DNA of 50,496 nt, from IMG/VR virus record IMGVR_UViG_3300045988_014506. One strand, given 5' to 3'. The stretch comes from a virus. Shown one piece after another: positions 28,243-36,635 of this stretch. The notes below the pieces were generated by a model. That model was not told where the DNA came from. It worked only from the letters and a program-made list of their open reading frames with translations, and did not search any database. Numbering within the stretch: the first letter of the stretch is position 1; each line of letters opens with the position of its first letter. Position numbers and translations under genes: made by a program.

Positions 28243-28451
28243 TAGAAAATGTTGATAACTTTTAAGAAATGTTGATAACTTATGTTAGTAACTTAAAAAA
28301 TGTTGATAACTTACCTCAATTAAAGGAAGTTATCAACATTGGTCACAAAGTTATTAACATTTATAGTAAGTTATCAACAAAGTTATTAACATTACTAACA
28401 TTATTAACATCTTAGTAAAAGTTATTAACATTTTTACTGAGTTATTAACAT
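28223..28451. repeat. Array of about 12 copies of a 13-bp motif AAGTTAT[T/C]AACAT in both orientations
   Basis: Plus-sense copies start at 28223, 28327, 28348, 28368, 28380, 28419 and 28439, with a partial copy at 28401. Inverted copies (ATGTTGATAACTT) start at 28249, 28269 and 28300, with a degenerate copy at 28282. The C variant contains TTATCAACA, an 8/9 match to the DnaA box TTATCCACA. Confidence 0.85.
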
Positions 28452-29563
28452 TACCTTCCAGTATATCCTGGTACTCTCATACGTTCTGGTCGTGGTTTTA
28501 ATCCAGCTTGAGAAGCAATAGCATTATATCTATCCCTATCCTTCTTTATCTTAGCTTTTGACTTGCTAAGTAATACATCATCACCACTAGCTTTTGCTGC
28601 TATATAGGAATCTTTGGCATATCTAATATTGGTTTCTAGATTTCTCATTAACTGAGATGCTTGATATCTAGTAACTTGTTTGCCATTGCCCAAGTCAATA
28701 GTATCATTAGAATAATTCTTAAGATTATCCAACTCTTTATCAGAATATGCCGGTTGTGATATACCCATAACTATTGGATAAGCAGTATGCTGGCAATTCA
28801 TTGTACCAATAGGTCGTTCTAGATTGCTTTGTAATCTTTCAAACTGTTTTAGTGTATATTGCTTACCCTGTACTGGTTGGTGGTCTTCAGCACACAAACC
28901 GTGGGCAGATATCTCATACCCATCTGCACCAAATTGCTCACCTGTTATCATACGAGTTCCCAAGTTAACTTGTCTAACACCTTCTAATATATTCATTCTA
29001 ACGGCACTATCTAATCTTCTGGTATAACCACTTTCATATTCTACACGCATTCCTTTAGTAGCTGCATTAACTAGCACACGCCTAATAGCTGATTGATAAT
29101 CTTCTACACCAGATGATACTGCATAGATACTAGTATCTACAAGTTTCCTATAATTCTTAGATATTGCAGTTGTTCTAGCCATATTCTCGAATGTACTAGC
29201 AGTTAATCTATTAACTGACTGGATATATTGTTGGATACGCATATTTTTGGCAAAAGGAACTTGTATAGCTCCTTTTGCTGCGTAGAAAACTGCGGTATCT
29301 TCATATATTGATAGTCCACTTGCTTGATATAATGCTTCCAACTGTTTAACTGTTAAGCTACATTGCTTTCTAAGTAGTTTATTTATCTCATCTATATTAG
29401 CATTCATTTTTGCCATCTGCTGTAGTCGGTGCATATCAGTAGCAGTTAACTTACCCATTTCTTTAACGTGCTTTGCCATCAACTCAATATACTTAGTATT
29501 TATTTCTTCAAATGCTTCAGACATCTGGTATGATATCTCGGTTATCTTATCACTACTAATCAT
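28451..29563 (-). CDS. Head morphogenesis / minor capsid protein (SPP1 gp7, Mu F-like)
   Basis: 370 aa. Lies after the portal. ISAHGLCAEDHQPVQGKQY resembles the gp7-family H...dG motif. Confidence 0.6.
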   Translation of the reverse strand: MISSDKITEISYQMSEAFEEINTKYIELMAKHVKEMGKLTATDMHRLQQMAKMNANIDEINKLLRKQCSLTVKQLEALYQASGLSIYEDTAVFYAAKGAIQVPFAKNMRIQQYIQSVNRLTASTFENMARTTAISKNYRKLVDTSIYAVSSGVEDYQSAIRRVLVNAATKGMRVEYESGYTRRLDSAVRMNILEGVRQVNLGTRMITGEQFGADGYEISAHGLCAEDHQPVQGKQYTLKQFERLQSNLERPIGTMNCQHTAYPIVMGISQPAYSDKELDNLKNYSNDTIDLGNGKQVTRYQASQLMRNLETNIRYAKDSYIAAKASGDDVLLSKSKAKIKKDRDRYNAIASQAGLKPRPERMRVPGYTGR

Positions 29564-29575
29564 TTAGAGTCTCTC

Positions 29576-31189
29576 CTATTCATTGTTATCCAGATTATCC
29601 TCCGGATTATTATCATCTGGATTACCATCAATGTTATCATCTGGATTATTATTATCTTCTAAAGTTGTTTCTTGCTTCTGACTAAATAAGTCATTGAGCA
29701 TACTATTAGAACTTGAATCTGTTATTTCTTCAATCTTTGCTTTAGCAGTTTCTTCATCCTCGCCAGTATACCAAGCACGAACTTCATACTTAGCAAGTAC
29801 ATCAGCATCCATTAACTGTATCTTCTGAGTTAACTCTGTATCAGTATCAGTAAGGATACTATCTTTCCAATCTGTTGTGGTGGTATATTCTCCATCAGGT
29901 GCAAGTTCATATAAAGTGGTGAGCACATCCATAGCATAGATAGCATCATTCAAAGCATTTTCCAAAGCTTCTTGGTTACGGGTAATAGTAATAAAAGAAC
30001 GCTGCTTTAGTATTTTAATTTCTGTTGCTGTCCTGGCTTCTGATTGAACCTCAGATAATGAACCTCGTGCTAAACCAACTAAATCTTCTATTCTAGTTAA
30101 GTAACGGTTTAATCCAGCTATATAGTTTGTATCTCTAAGACTAGGTGTAAATGCTTTATAAGTATCATCTGAACCTAAGTCAAGTCCTCTATATAATCTA
30201 TCTTTAACCCTATCCATCTTAGGAACACTTCCAAAATAAGTATTAGAAAAGTTTATAGCAGTTTCGTCTACATCAATAGCCATCTGACCACCTTCATACT
30301 CCCAGTCAAGTCTACTGAACTGCTCGTCTGCTTTTTTAATCATCTTTATTGCCGGGCTAAACACTGATATACCTAATGGACTATCCATATCAATATTATT
30401 AGCAAGTGGGACTCTATAGAAACCAAATAATGGTCTATCTACGTTCTCAATGGTAATAGGTTCGGGTGATATACTTGACCATCTTGGAACATCAGTCAAA
30501 GGTATTTCTAAACCTAATACTTCTTGTTCTTCTTCATCATCATCATTATTTCTTATCTGTGCTTTGAAAGCTTTATTCTCAACTACAACCACGCCTTGCT
30601 CAGCATTGAATGTCTGTCTTTCTATCTTTGTATAGATATAATTACCAGCTACAAACTGGTCTGGAAATGCTATGTCTATGATATTATCATCATCATCAAA
30701 AGCAATAGGAATGAAGTTACCTTGTCTACAGAAATCAAAGTAAATACTGTCTCCTACTACATATGGTTTAAATATCATACCTCCCATAGCCATACCTTGT
30801 TCCAATTTACTTGGCAATTTCTTAAGTAAATGTTTCTGATACTGGCTATTTAAGAATGATGCTCGAGTATCAGGAACGGGTGTAGTTGATGACTCATCTT
30901 CTTTTGGTGTTGTACTGCCTGGTGCAGTAATTGTACTAGTCATCTCAGACATTACTTGTGACTGGAGTGTCTGGCATATTTCTTTACCCAGTTGTAATGA
31001 GTATATACCTTCTGCTTCATCTAACCAAGGTGCTTCATCTTTGTAAATATCCTTCCATAAGTTAACGGCATCTTTCATTGCTTCACTAACAGTATACATC
31101 TGGACATCATTCACTGTGTCTGATATTGTCCTATATGCTACCATCTTACGAAGTGCTTCCTTAATCATCTCAATTAGTTTACTAAACAT
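29576..31189 (-). CDS. Portal protein
   Basis: 537 aa. Size, position downstream of the terminase, and an acidic C-terminal tail. Confidence 0.75.
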   Translation of the reverse strand: MFSKLIEMIKEALRKMVAYRTISDTVNDVQMYTVSEAMKDAVNLWKDIYKDEAPWLDEAEGIYSLQLGKEICQTLQSQVMSEMTSTITAPGSTTPKEDESSTTPVPDTRASFLNSQYQKHLLKKLPSKLEQGMAMGGMIFKPYVVGDSIYFDFCRQGNFIPIAFDDDDNIIDIAFPDQFVAGNYIYTKIERQTFNAEQGVVVVENKAFKAQIRNNDDDEEEQEVLGLEIPLTDVPRWSSISPEPITIENVDRPLFGFYRVPLANNIDMDSPLGISVFSPAIKMIKKADEQFSRLDWEYEGGQMAIDVDETAINFSNTYFGSVPKMDRVKDRLYRGLDLGSDDTYKAFTPSLRDTNYIAGLNRYLTRIEDLVGLARGSLSEVQSEARTATEIKILKQRSFITITRNQEALENALNDAIYAMDVLTTLYELAPDGEYTTTTDWKDSILTDTDTELTQKIQLMDADVLAKYEVRAWYTGEDEETAKAKIEEITDSSSNSMLNDLFSQKQETTLEDNNNPDDNIDGNPDDNNPEDNLDNNE

Positions 31190-31207
31190 CTTACTTTCTC
31201 CTTTTCT

Positions 31208-31585
31208 TTAATTTAATATATCTAATTCCCCATATACTTTAGCAAGTTTGGGAAACTGAAGTGCAATCCAATCAACCATTTCTTCATTCTGTGCCCAAGC
31301 ATTCACTCTACCAGACGATACATACAAACCACTCTCAAATAGAAAAGCGTGTACTATCTCGTGTCTCATAACTGACCTTCTGTAACTTGTAACATCAACA
31401 AAGTCCTGACTTTCTGGTGGATAGATAGCAACGTGTATTTCTTTTACACTATAATCAACGTAGCCATCTACGCCTAATTCATCAAATCTTGGGTTTCGCT
31501 GGGTTTTTTCTAATATGCAAGTGTAATTTACACCTAATATGCTAACCTTTCTTTTAAACGGGTTTCTGTAATCATAATGTTCCAT
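31208..31585 (-). CDS. small HExxH zinc-metallopeptidase-like protein
   Basis: 125 aa. VMRHEIVHAFLFESG contains HExxH. Inserted between TerL and the portal. Confidence 0.45.
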   Translation of the reverse strand: MEHYDYRNPFKRKVSILGVNYTCILEKTQRNPRFDELGVDGYVDYSVKEIHVAIYPPESQDFVDVTSYRRSVMRHEIVHAFLFESGLYVSSGRVNAWAQNEEMVDWIALQFPKLAKVYGELDILN

Positions 31586-31591
31586 ATAATG

Positions 31592-32869
31592 TTACCTTCC
31601 TTTCCTTTTCCAAACTTTTTCCATTGCATATCTGGTCATATCAATACTGTGGTTATTAGCATCTGGTACGTTGCTTGTTGGCTCGCCATCTTTAGTAAGT
31701 TCATACTCGTATTCCTTAAACTCTTTATAAGTTGCTGGACATCTTTTTGGGTCTATAACTATCTCAACTAGTGATTGTAGCCACTTTAATCCATACCTTA
31801 CACTATCTGGTCCTTTTTCTGCGTCTCGAGCATTCAATCCATAACTCCTATAATCTGCAGTTGATTTCTTTTCTGCACTATCACAAGTTATCTGGTCGTG
31901 CGCTCTAACACCTTTATGCTCTACTAAGTATGCTGCAGTATCTCTATTCTTGGTTTTGATTGTTCTATATTCATCAAAGATATATAGCTTTCTTCTATTA
32001 GCATCATAGTGCATCTTGCCCCAGTGGAATGGGTCAGGATACCAACCCCAGTCAATACCCATATGTATATGGTCGAAAGATGCTATTTCTTCATCTGTTA
32101 TTTCTCGACCTACTATATTATCAAATACATTATTACCTGTTCCTACTGCTTTACCTAGATACTCGTGCTCGTAAGCTTTTGGGTTTATTTCTTTTAGCCA
32201 TTCAGCATCATCAATGAATTGCTGACCTAGCCATTCCTTCGGAGCTTGAAGATAAGTTGTTTCTGATACATATACATCACTTCTTAACTTATCTTGCTCT
32301 ATGAACGAGTTTGCCCAGTTAGTTTTACTTCTGGGTGGGTTCATACTCCTAAATACTACGAACTTTGGTCCACCTCTTAATACAGACTGCTGTACTGTTC
32401 TTAATTCTTGCTCTCCATTGAACTCGTCCAATTCTTCAAACCATAAATACTTAAAGTAGCCAAACTGTGTCTTTACTGACTTTGATTTTTTAGCTTTATC
32501 CAAACCTTTAAATACTATCTTCTGTCCTGTAGGTTTATAAGTACACCTATAAGGAGATTTGGTGCAGTGCCATAACTCAGTTACACCCAGTTTATCAATC
32601 GCCCAGCATATTTGCTCATACACTGAGTCGCCTATTGTATCTGCTACTTTTCTATACACCAAAGCATTAGCATCTTTATCTTCCATCATTCCTAAGATTA
32701 TTTCTAAACTGATTACTGAAGATTTAAGACTACCTCTTCCCCCTACGCAGTCATAATAAGTATGGTTTCCATCAACAATATCCCAGTGCATATCATAAAA
32801 CGCTTGACCAATACAATCAGTCAAAGGAACAGTTATTTCTTCTTGTTGCTGTCTAACTGGAAACATCAT
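31592..32869 (-). CDS. terL: Terminase large subunit
   Basis: Walker A GGRGSLKS, Walker B LWFEELDEF, nuclease-domain GIDWGW. Start moved to ATGATG at 32869, preceded by AAGGAGG. Confidence 0.85.
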   Translation of the reverse strand: MMFPVRQQQEEITVPLTDCIGQAFYDMHWDIVDGNHTYYDCVGGRGSLKSSVISLEIILGMMEDKDANALVYRKVADTIGDSVYEQICWAIDKLGVTELWHCTKSPYRCTYKPTGQKIVFKGLDKAKKSKSVKTQFGYFKYLWFEELDEFNGEQELRTVQQSVLRGGPKFVVFRSMNPPRSKTNWANSFIEQDKLRSDVYVSETTYLQAPKEWLGQQFIDDAEWLKEINPKAYEHEYLGKAVGTGNNVFDNIVGREITDEEIASFDHIHMGIDWGWYPDPFHWGKMHYDANRRKLYIFDEYRTIKTKNRDTAAYLVEHKGVRAHDQITCDSAEKKSTADYRSYGLNARDAEKGPDSVRYGLKWLQSLVEIVIDPKRCPATYKEFKEYEYELTKDGEPTSNVPDANNHSIDMTRYAMEKVWKRKGR

Positions 32870-33293
32870 TATCCTCCTTTTTTGCTGGTCTTGGAATATC
32901 ATTCACAATCTTAACTGGTATAACAGCTGGTTTAGTATCAACTAATCTTCTCGCTAGTTCAGTTGCTGCTTTTGTTCTATCTGCCAGTGAAGGCTCTAAG
33001 TCAAACTGGTCTTGTACTTCTCCTCTCATTACTGAAGTTAAATATTCTAAAACTTCATCTGCAGTCGCTACTTTGTCAGCATCTAACTCAGCCATACGTT
33101 CTGCTATGTAAGTTTGTCCTTTTATCGAACTTAACATTCTTGAACCTTGTTGACTCGCTGTCTTTGCACTATATCCTGCATCTATTGCTGACTGTGTGAT
33201 ATTATTAGTTGCTAGATAATTCTCATAAAACTCAAACTGTTTTTGATTAAGATAATCTGGCTTAATACGTTTTCTTCTAATTGTCTTTGCCAT
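32853..33293 (-). CDS. terS: Terminase small subunit (Terminase_2 type)
   Basis: 146 aa. QSAIDAGYSAKTASQQGSRMLS is the classic signature. Confidence 0.8.
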   Translation of the reverse strand: MAKTIRRKRIKPDYLNQKQFEFYENYLATNNITQSAIDAGYSAKTASQQGSRMLSSIKGQTYIAERMAELDADKVATADEVLEYLTSVMRGEVQDQFDLEPSLADRTKAATELARRLVDTKPAVIPVKIVNDIPRPAKKEDNDVSS

Positions 33294-33579
33294 TATATAA
33301 GTCCTCCAATCTTATCTTTACAATGGTATCTATTGCTTTACTATTTATTTGTTTATAATCTAAGGTTTTTATTATACTTAATATAGTTGCTAGATGCTTT
33401 ATTATCTTTATACTACTATATGAACTATATATTTCTTTATTATTTCTTTTCAGCATATACCTTTTTATGTACCGGTTTTGCTCTCTGGAATAAAATTGAG
33501 ATGTACTTATAGTTATAATATAACCTTTCTGCTTTAATGCTAATTGTAGTTTATACATCAACCCTTGCTGGTTTGCCAT
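33277..33579 (-). CDS. hypothetical protein (100 aa)
   Basis: ORF track. SD GGAGG. First gene after the promoter at 33606-33634. Confidence 0.5.
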   Translation of the reverse strand: MANQQGLMYKLQLALKQKGYIITISTSQFYSREQNRYIKRYMLKRNNKEIYSSYSSIKIIKHLATILSIIKTLDYKQINSKAIDTIVKIRLEDLYNGKDN

Positions 33580-33605
33580 ATCTTAACCTCCAATAACTTA
33601 AATAA

Positions 33606-33634
33606 AATATAACAGAATATTTACTTAATGTAAA
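33606..33634 (-). promoter_or_regulatory. Sigma-A-type promoter for the packaging operon (putative)
   Basis: Minus strand: TTTACA (33629-33634), 17 nt, TGTTATATT (extended -10, 33606-33614). Confidence 0.5.
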
Positions 33635-33635
33635 T

Positions 33636-33670
33636 AAAAAGCACACAAATCCGTTTAGAATCTGTGTGCT
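33636..33670 (-). terminator. Rho-independent terminator
   Basis: Stem AGCACACA / TGTGTGCT (8 bp) followed on the minus strand by TTTTTATTT. Lies after the stop at 33694. Confidence 0.6.
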
Positions 33671-33693
33671 AAATGTTAAGTATTTGTTAAGTA

Positions 33694-33915
33694 TTATACT
33701 GTATCATACTTCGGAAGTTTTGCTGAAAGTTCTCTAATCTTCTCTCTAAGTGTTTCTACATATGCTATCTCTTCTGCATATTCTTCTATTGTAGATACAC
33801 CAGTTGCTATCTTAACACCTATATAGTCATATGACTTTATTTCCATATATAAACTATCTACTTGCCTTCTTATTTCTTCTTGCTCTTCCCAAGTTAATGT
33901 ATTTTTACTTGCCAT
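33694..33915 (-). CDS. hypothetical protein (73 aa)
   Basis: ORF track. SD AAGGAGG. Confidence 0.55.
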   Translation of the reverse strand: MASKNTLTWEEQEEIRRQVDSLYMEIKSYDYIGVKIATGVSTIEEYAEEIAYVETLREKIRELSAKLPKYDTV

Positions 33916-33930
33916 TATTAATATACCTCC

Positions 33931-35511
33931 TTAATATCTTGATAATGAATATTCTAAACTAATATCTTTACCTGTACCGCCTTGATAACTCACATTAATT
34001 CTAATAGCATCACAATCTGAGACATCATAATAGGTATTTGAAGATATAGAATTTATAGTTTCTATTACTTCATTGTCTTTAACTTTGTATAATGTTACTG
34101 ATATAAAAACTGCTGGTAATAATGTATTGTAAGTGTTCTCATAAGTAATATAACCAAAACTTATATAATTATATTGACTTACATCCGTATCTTCTGTGTC
34201 TGTATAAGTTACGCCAGTAATATTTCCTGCCTTTATACCAAGATTATTCATTATTCTCTCTGCTTGTGTGTCTAATGCTGATGCCTGTGCTTGAGCAGTA
34301 TTATTAATAGCATCAATCTGAGATTGTGCTATTGTATTAATATCTGATATCTTGCCTAATGCCACTTGGTTAATACCATCAATCTGAGATTGGGCTGCTT
34401 GTGATATAGATTTATTCGCTGCGTCTATAGCGGCAACGGCTGAGTTGTTTATGGCAGTAATCTGAGCTGCTGCGGTATTATTTATATCACTTAACTTAGC
34501 ATCTACAATAGATTGGATATCTTGTATCTTTGCATTTACTAAGGCATCAATGCTCTGAGACATTGCTTGTAACTGAGAAGTTGCTGTGGCATTAATTGCA
34601 TCAATCTGAGATTGTGCTATTGTATTAATATCTGATATCTTGCCTAATGCCACTTGGTTAATACCATCAATCTGAGATTGGGCTGCTTGTGATATAGATT
34701 TATTCGCTGCGTCTATAGCGGCAACGGCTGAGTTGTTTATGGCAGTAATCTGAGCTGCTGCGGTATTATTTATATCACTTAACTTAGCATCTACAATAGA
34801 TTGGATATCTTGTATCTTTGCATTTACTAAGGCATCAATGCTCTGAGACATTGCTTGTAACTGAGAAGTTGCTGTGGCATTAATTGCATTAATCTGACTG
34901 GTTGCTATATTATTTATATCCCCAATCTTTGCATTAGCTACTTCGCTAATACTATTTAAACTTGCGTCTTTCTGGTTTACTATACTATTTAATGCACTTT
35001 CTTGCTGAACACTTATAGCTTTCTGAGCTGATATAACTTGCTCAGTTATATCTGCTTGTAATTGCTGCATCTGTAGATAAATCTTATTTATCTCAGTTAT
35101 AAGTTGCTCTGCTAACTCTGGATTTATATCCACTACTAAAGTATCCGACCCAATTATCTTTAATAATAATTCTAAGTTATGCACGGAATCTGGTTTATCA
35201 TCATCAACTTTCTCAGTTGCTAATGTCTCGCTTATCGTAAATGTCTTTAGATAGGATTTCTGGACAGCTTTATTACTATAGTTTATTTGTGCTTCTAACT
35301 TAACTAGCCCCTCAAGTGTTTCTGTATCTTGTTGACTTAAAGGTATAATAAAGATATCTTGCATTAGTGTAACTGCTTCTGGATACACTTTCTGAACCAT
35401 ATTTCCACTATTAGTTTGTAAAGTAAATATAATCTTATCTATTATGTCCATAGAAGAGTCGGTTATATCTGGAACCTTTACCATAAGATTATAAGTTGCT
35501 CCTGCTTTCAT
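33931..35511 (-). CDS. Repeat-rich fiber-like structural protein (526 aa)
   Basis: A long A/I/N/Q-rich helical repeat region (xxIxxINxxAxxQ) sits between globular N- and C-terminal domains. It has its own promoter and lies outside the main tail module. Confidence 0.6.
   Translation of the reverse strand: MKAGATYNLMVKVPDITDSSMDIIDKIIFTLQTNSGNMVQKVYPEAVTLMQDIFIIPLSQQDTETLEGLVKLEAQINYSNKAVQKSYLKTFTISETLATEKVDDDKPDSVHNLELLLKIIGSDTLVVDINPELAEQLITEINKIYLQMQQLQADITEQVISAQKAISVQQESALNSIVNQKDASLNSISEVANAKIGDINNIATSQINAINATATSQLQAMSQSIDALVNAKIQDIQSIVDAKLSDINNTAAAQITAINNSAVAAIDAANKSISQAAQSQIDGINQVALGKISDINTIAQSQIDAINATATSQLQAMSQSIDALVNAKIQDIQSIVDAKLSDINNTAAAQITAINNSAVAAIDAANKSISQAAQSQIDGINQVALGKISDINTIAQSQIDAINNTAQAQASALDTQAERIMNNLGIKAGNITGVTYTDTEDTDVSQYNYISFGYITYENTYNTLLPAVFISVTLYKVKDNEVIETINSISSNTYYDVSDCDAIRINVSYQGGTGKDISLEYSLSRY
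34310..34889. repeat. Perfect tandem duplication, 2 x 288 bp (96 codons), inside the fiber-like gene
   Basis: Base-by-base comparison shows 34311-34598 equals 34599-34886. The flanks continue with partial identity. Confidence 0.9.
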
Positions 35512-35541
35512 CTAATTATCTCCTTTCTATTTGATAATTAG

Positions 35542-35570
35542 ATTATACAAAGATATAGTATTTTTTACAA
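35542..35570 (-). promoter_or_regulatory. Sigma-A-type promoter for the fiber-like gene (putative)
   Basis: Minus strand: TTGTAA (35565-35570), 17 nt, TATAAT (35542-35547). Confidence 0.5.
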
Positions 35571-35573
35571 GTT

Positions 35574-35747
35574 TTATTCTATTTTGCTTTCTGCTGGTTC
35601 TTTTTCATAACTAAATAGTTTTTTATGATTATCTTCTTCCATAAATTTCTTCCAGCAAGTGGCACCCATACCTAATTCTATTGCTTTGGGATTTCTAAGC
35701 TTCCTGCCACACCTTTTACAAGTAGTTTGTTCCAACTCATTCATCAT
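35574..35747 (-). CDS. small CxxCGR zinc-ribbon protein (DUF6011-like, 57 aa)
   Basis: Hand-translated: MMNELEQTTCKRCGRKLRNPKAIELGMGATCWKKFMEEDNHKKLFSYEKEPAESKIE. Below the track cutoff. Confidence 0.5.
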   Translation of the reverse strand: MMNELEQTTCKRCGRKLRNPKAIELGMGATCWKKFMEEDNHKKLFSYEKEPAESKIE

Positions 35748-36057
35748 AGTTTTCTGTACCTCCTAACTTATCAAATACTTCTTTGTCTATAACTTCAGCT
35801 ATAAACATATCACCATCCTTACCTCCGGCACACATAACTTGAAGAACAACTACAGGTTTATGATGGTTAGACTTCCAATCACCATAACTTGGGTCATGGA
35901 CATAAGGGTTTAGATTAAGTAAAGATTTTTCTAGCGCACTTCCTAACTGAAACCTTAAAAAATAAGATTCTTTATAGTTTTTTACCAACGTACCACACAC
36001 TGCGTTTATGTGGAAACTATTATTATTTTTCATAGTGGCATTATAAGTATTAAGCAT
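35737..36057 (-). CDS. hypothetical protein (106 aa)
   Basis: The track starts at a TTG at 36081. I prefer the ATG at 36057, 6 nt after GAGGAGG. Ends in a genuine TGA stop. Confidence 0.6.
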   Translation of the reverse strand: MLNTYNATMKNNNSFHINAVCGTLVKNYKESYFLRFQLGSALEKSLLNLNPYVHDPSYGDWKSNHHKPVVVLQVMCAGGKDGDMFIAEVIDKEVFDKLGGTENYDE

Positions 36058-36457
36058 TGACGACCTCCTCAGAATCTTCAACTATACTTTTTGCAAAGTT
36101 ATAAGCTTCTTCATATGTATTCCATTTTACTGTATTATCATCTCTTACTTGCATATCATCAATATAAGCATAATAATGATTACCGCCTTCAAACTTCTTT
36201 ATTCTTATATCATTAAGTTTAAAACTTGGAAATACCAGATGTTTACGTCTAACAAAACCATATTCTTTGTCAGAATCATTTATAGCGTGATAACCACCTT
36301 TTCTATTTATATAGATACCGCCACACTGCCTTATTGTGTGTAACTGGGTAAATGCTAGCTCTTGTCTAAATAATCTTATACCATCAAATATATTAAGATG
36401 TTTACTTTGAGAAAATAAAACTATTGCTTGAGTAAGTGAGTAATACTCAGGATAAGG
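36050..36457 (-). other. Start-less 135-codon open frame, in frame with the ORF 36458-36634 across a single TGA
   Basis: Hand translation finds no stop from 36457 to the TAA at 36050-36052. No in-frame ATG/GTG/TTG occurs before codon 102, and there is no SD. Confidence 0.7.
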
Positions 36458-36634
36458 TCAATGCTTATTACTTTCGCTATTGAATTCTTTGCCTTCAAGG
36501 TAATTCTGAATTATCTGGTCAGCGTGGAAGTCAGTGTTTTCTATATAATCAATCAGTTGCTCAGCATCAGTAATCTTTAACCACCAACCTTGATTACTTG
36601 TTCCTTTATCTTTAAGCACAAATAGATATTCCAT
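36458..36634 (-). CDS. hypothetical protein (58 aa), N-terminal part of a TGA-interrupted gene
   Basis: ATG at 36634 (MEYLFVLK) follows GGGGG. Ends in TGA at 36458-36460 in the TGA-C context. Confidence 0.6.
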   Translation of the reverse strand: MEYLFVLKDKGTSNQGWWLKITDAEQLIDYIENTDFHADQIIQNYLEGKEFNSESNKH

Positions 36635-36635
36635 A

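Noticed and set aside
28223-28451. CRISPR array interpretation of the 13-bp repeat cluster
   Set aside because: The repeats are only 13 bp long. They occur in both orientations, sometimes abut or overlap, and have irregular 7-19-bp gaps instead of uniform spacers. No cas genes are present.
36458-36460. Genome-wide TGA recoding or selenocysteine as the explanation for the in-frame TGA
   Set aside because: TGA terminates other well-supported genes (35737-35739, 43151-43153). Trp is encoded by TGG throughout. The tRNA-like gene has no TCA triplet in its anticodon region. The downstream hairpin is only 6 AT-rich bp, too weak to call a SECIS element.
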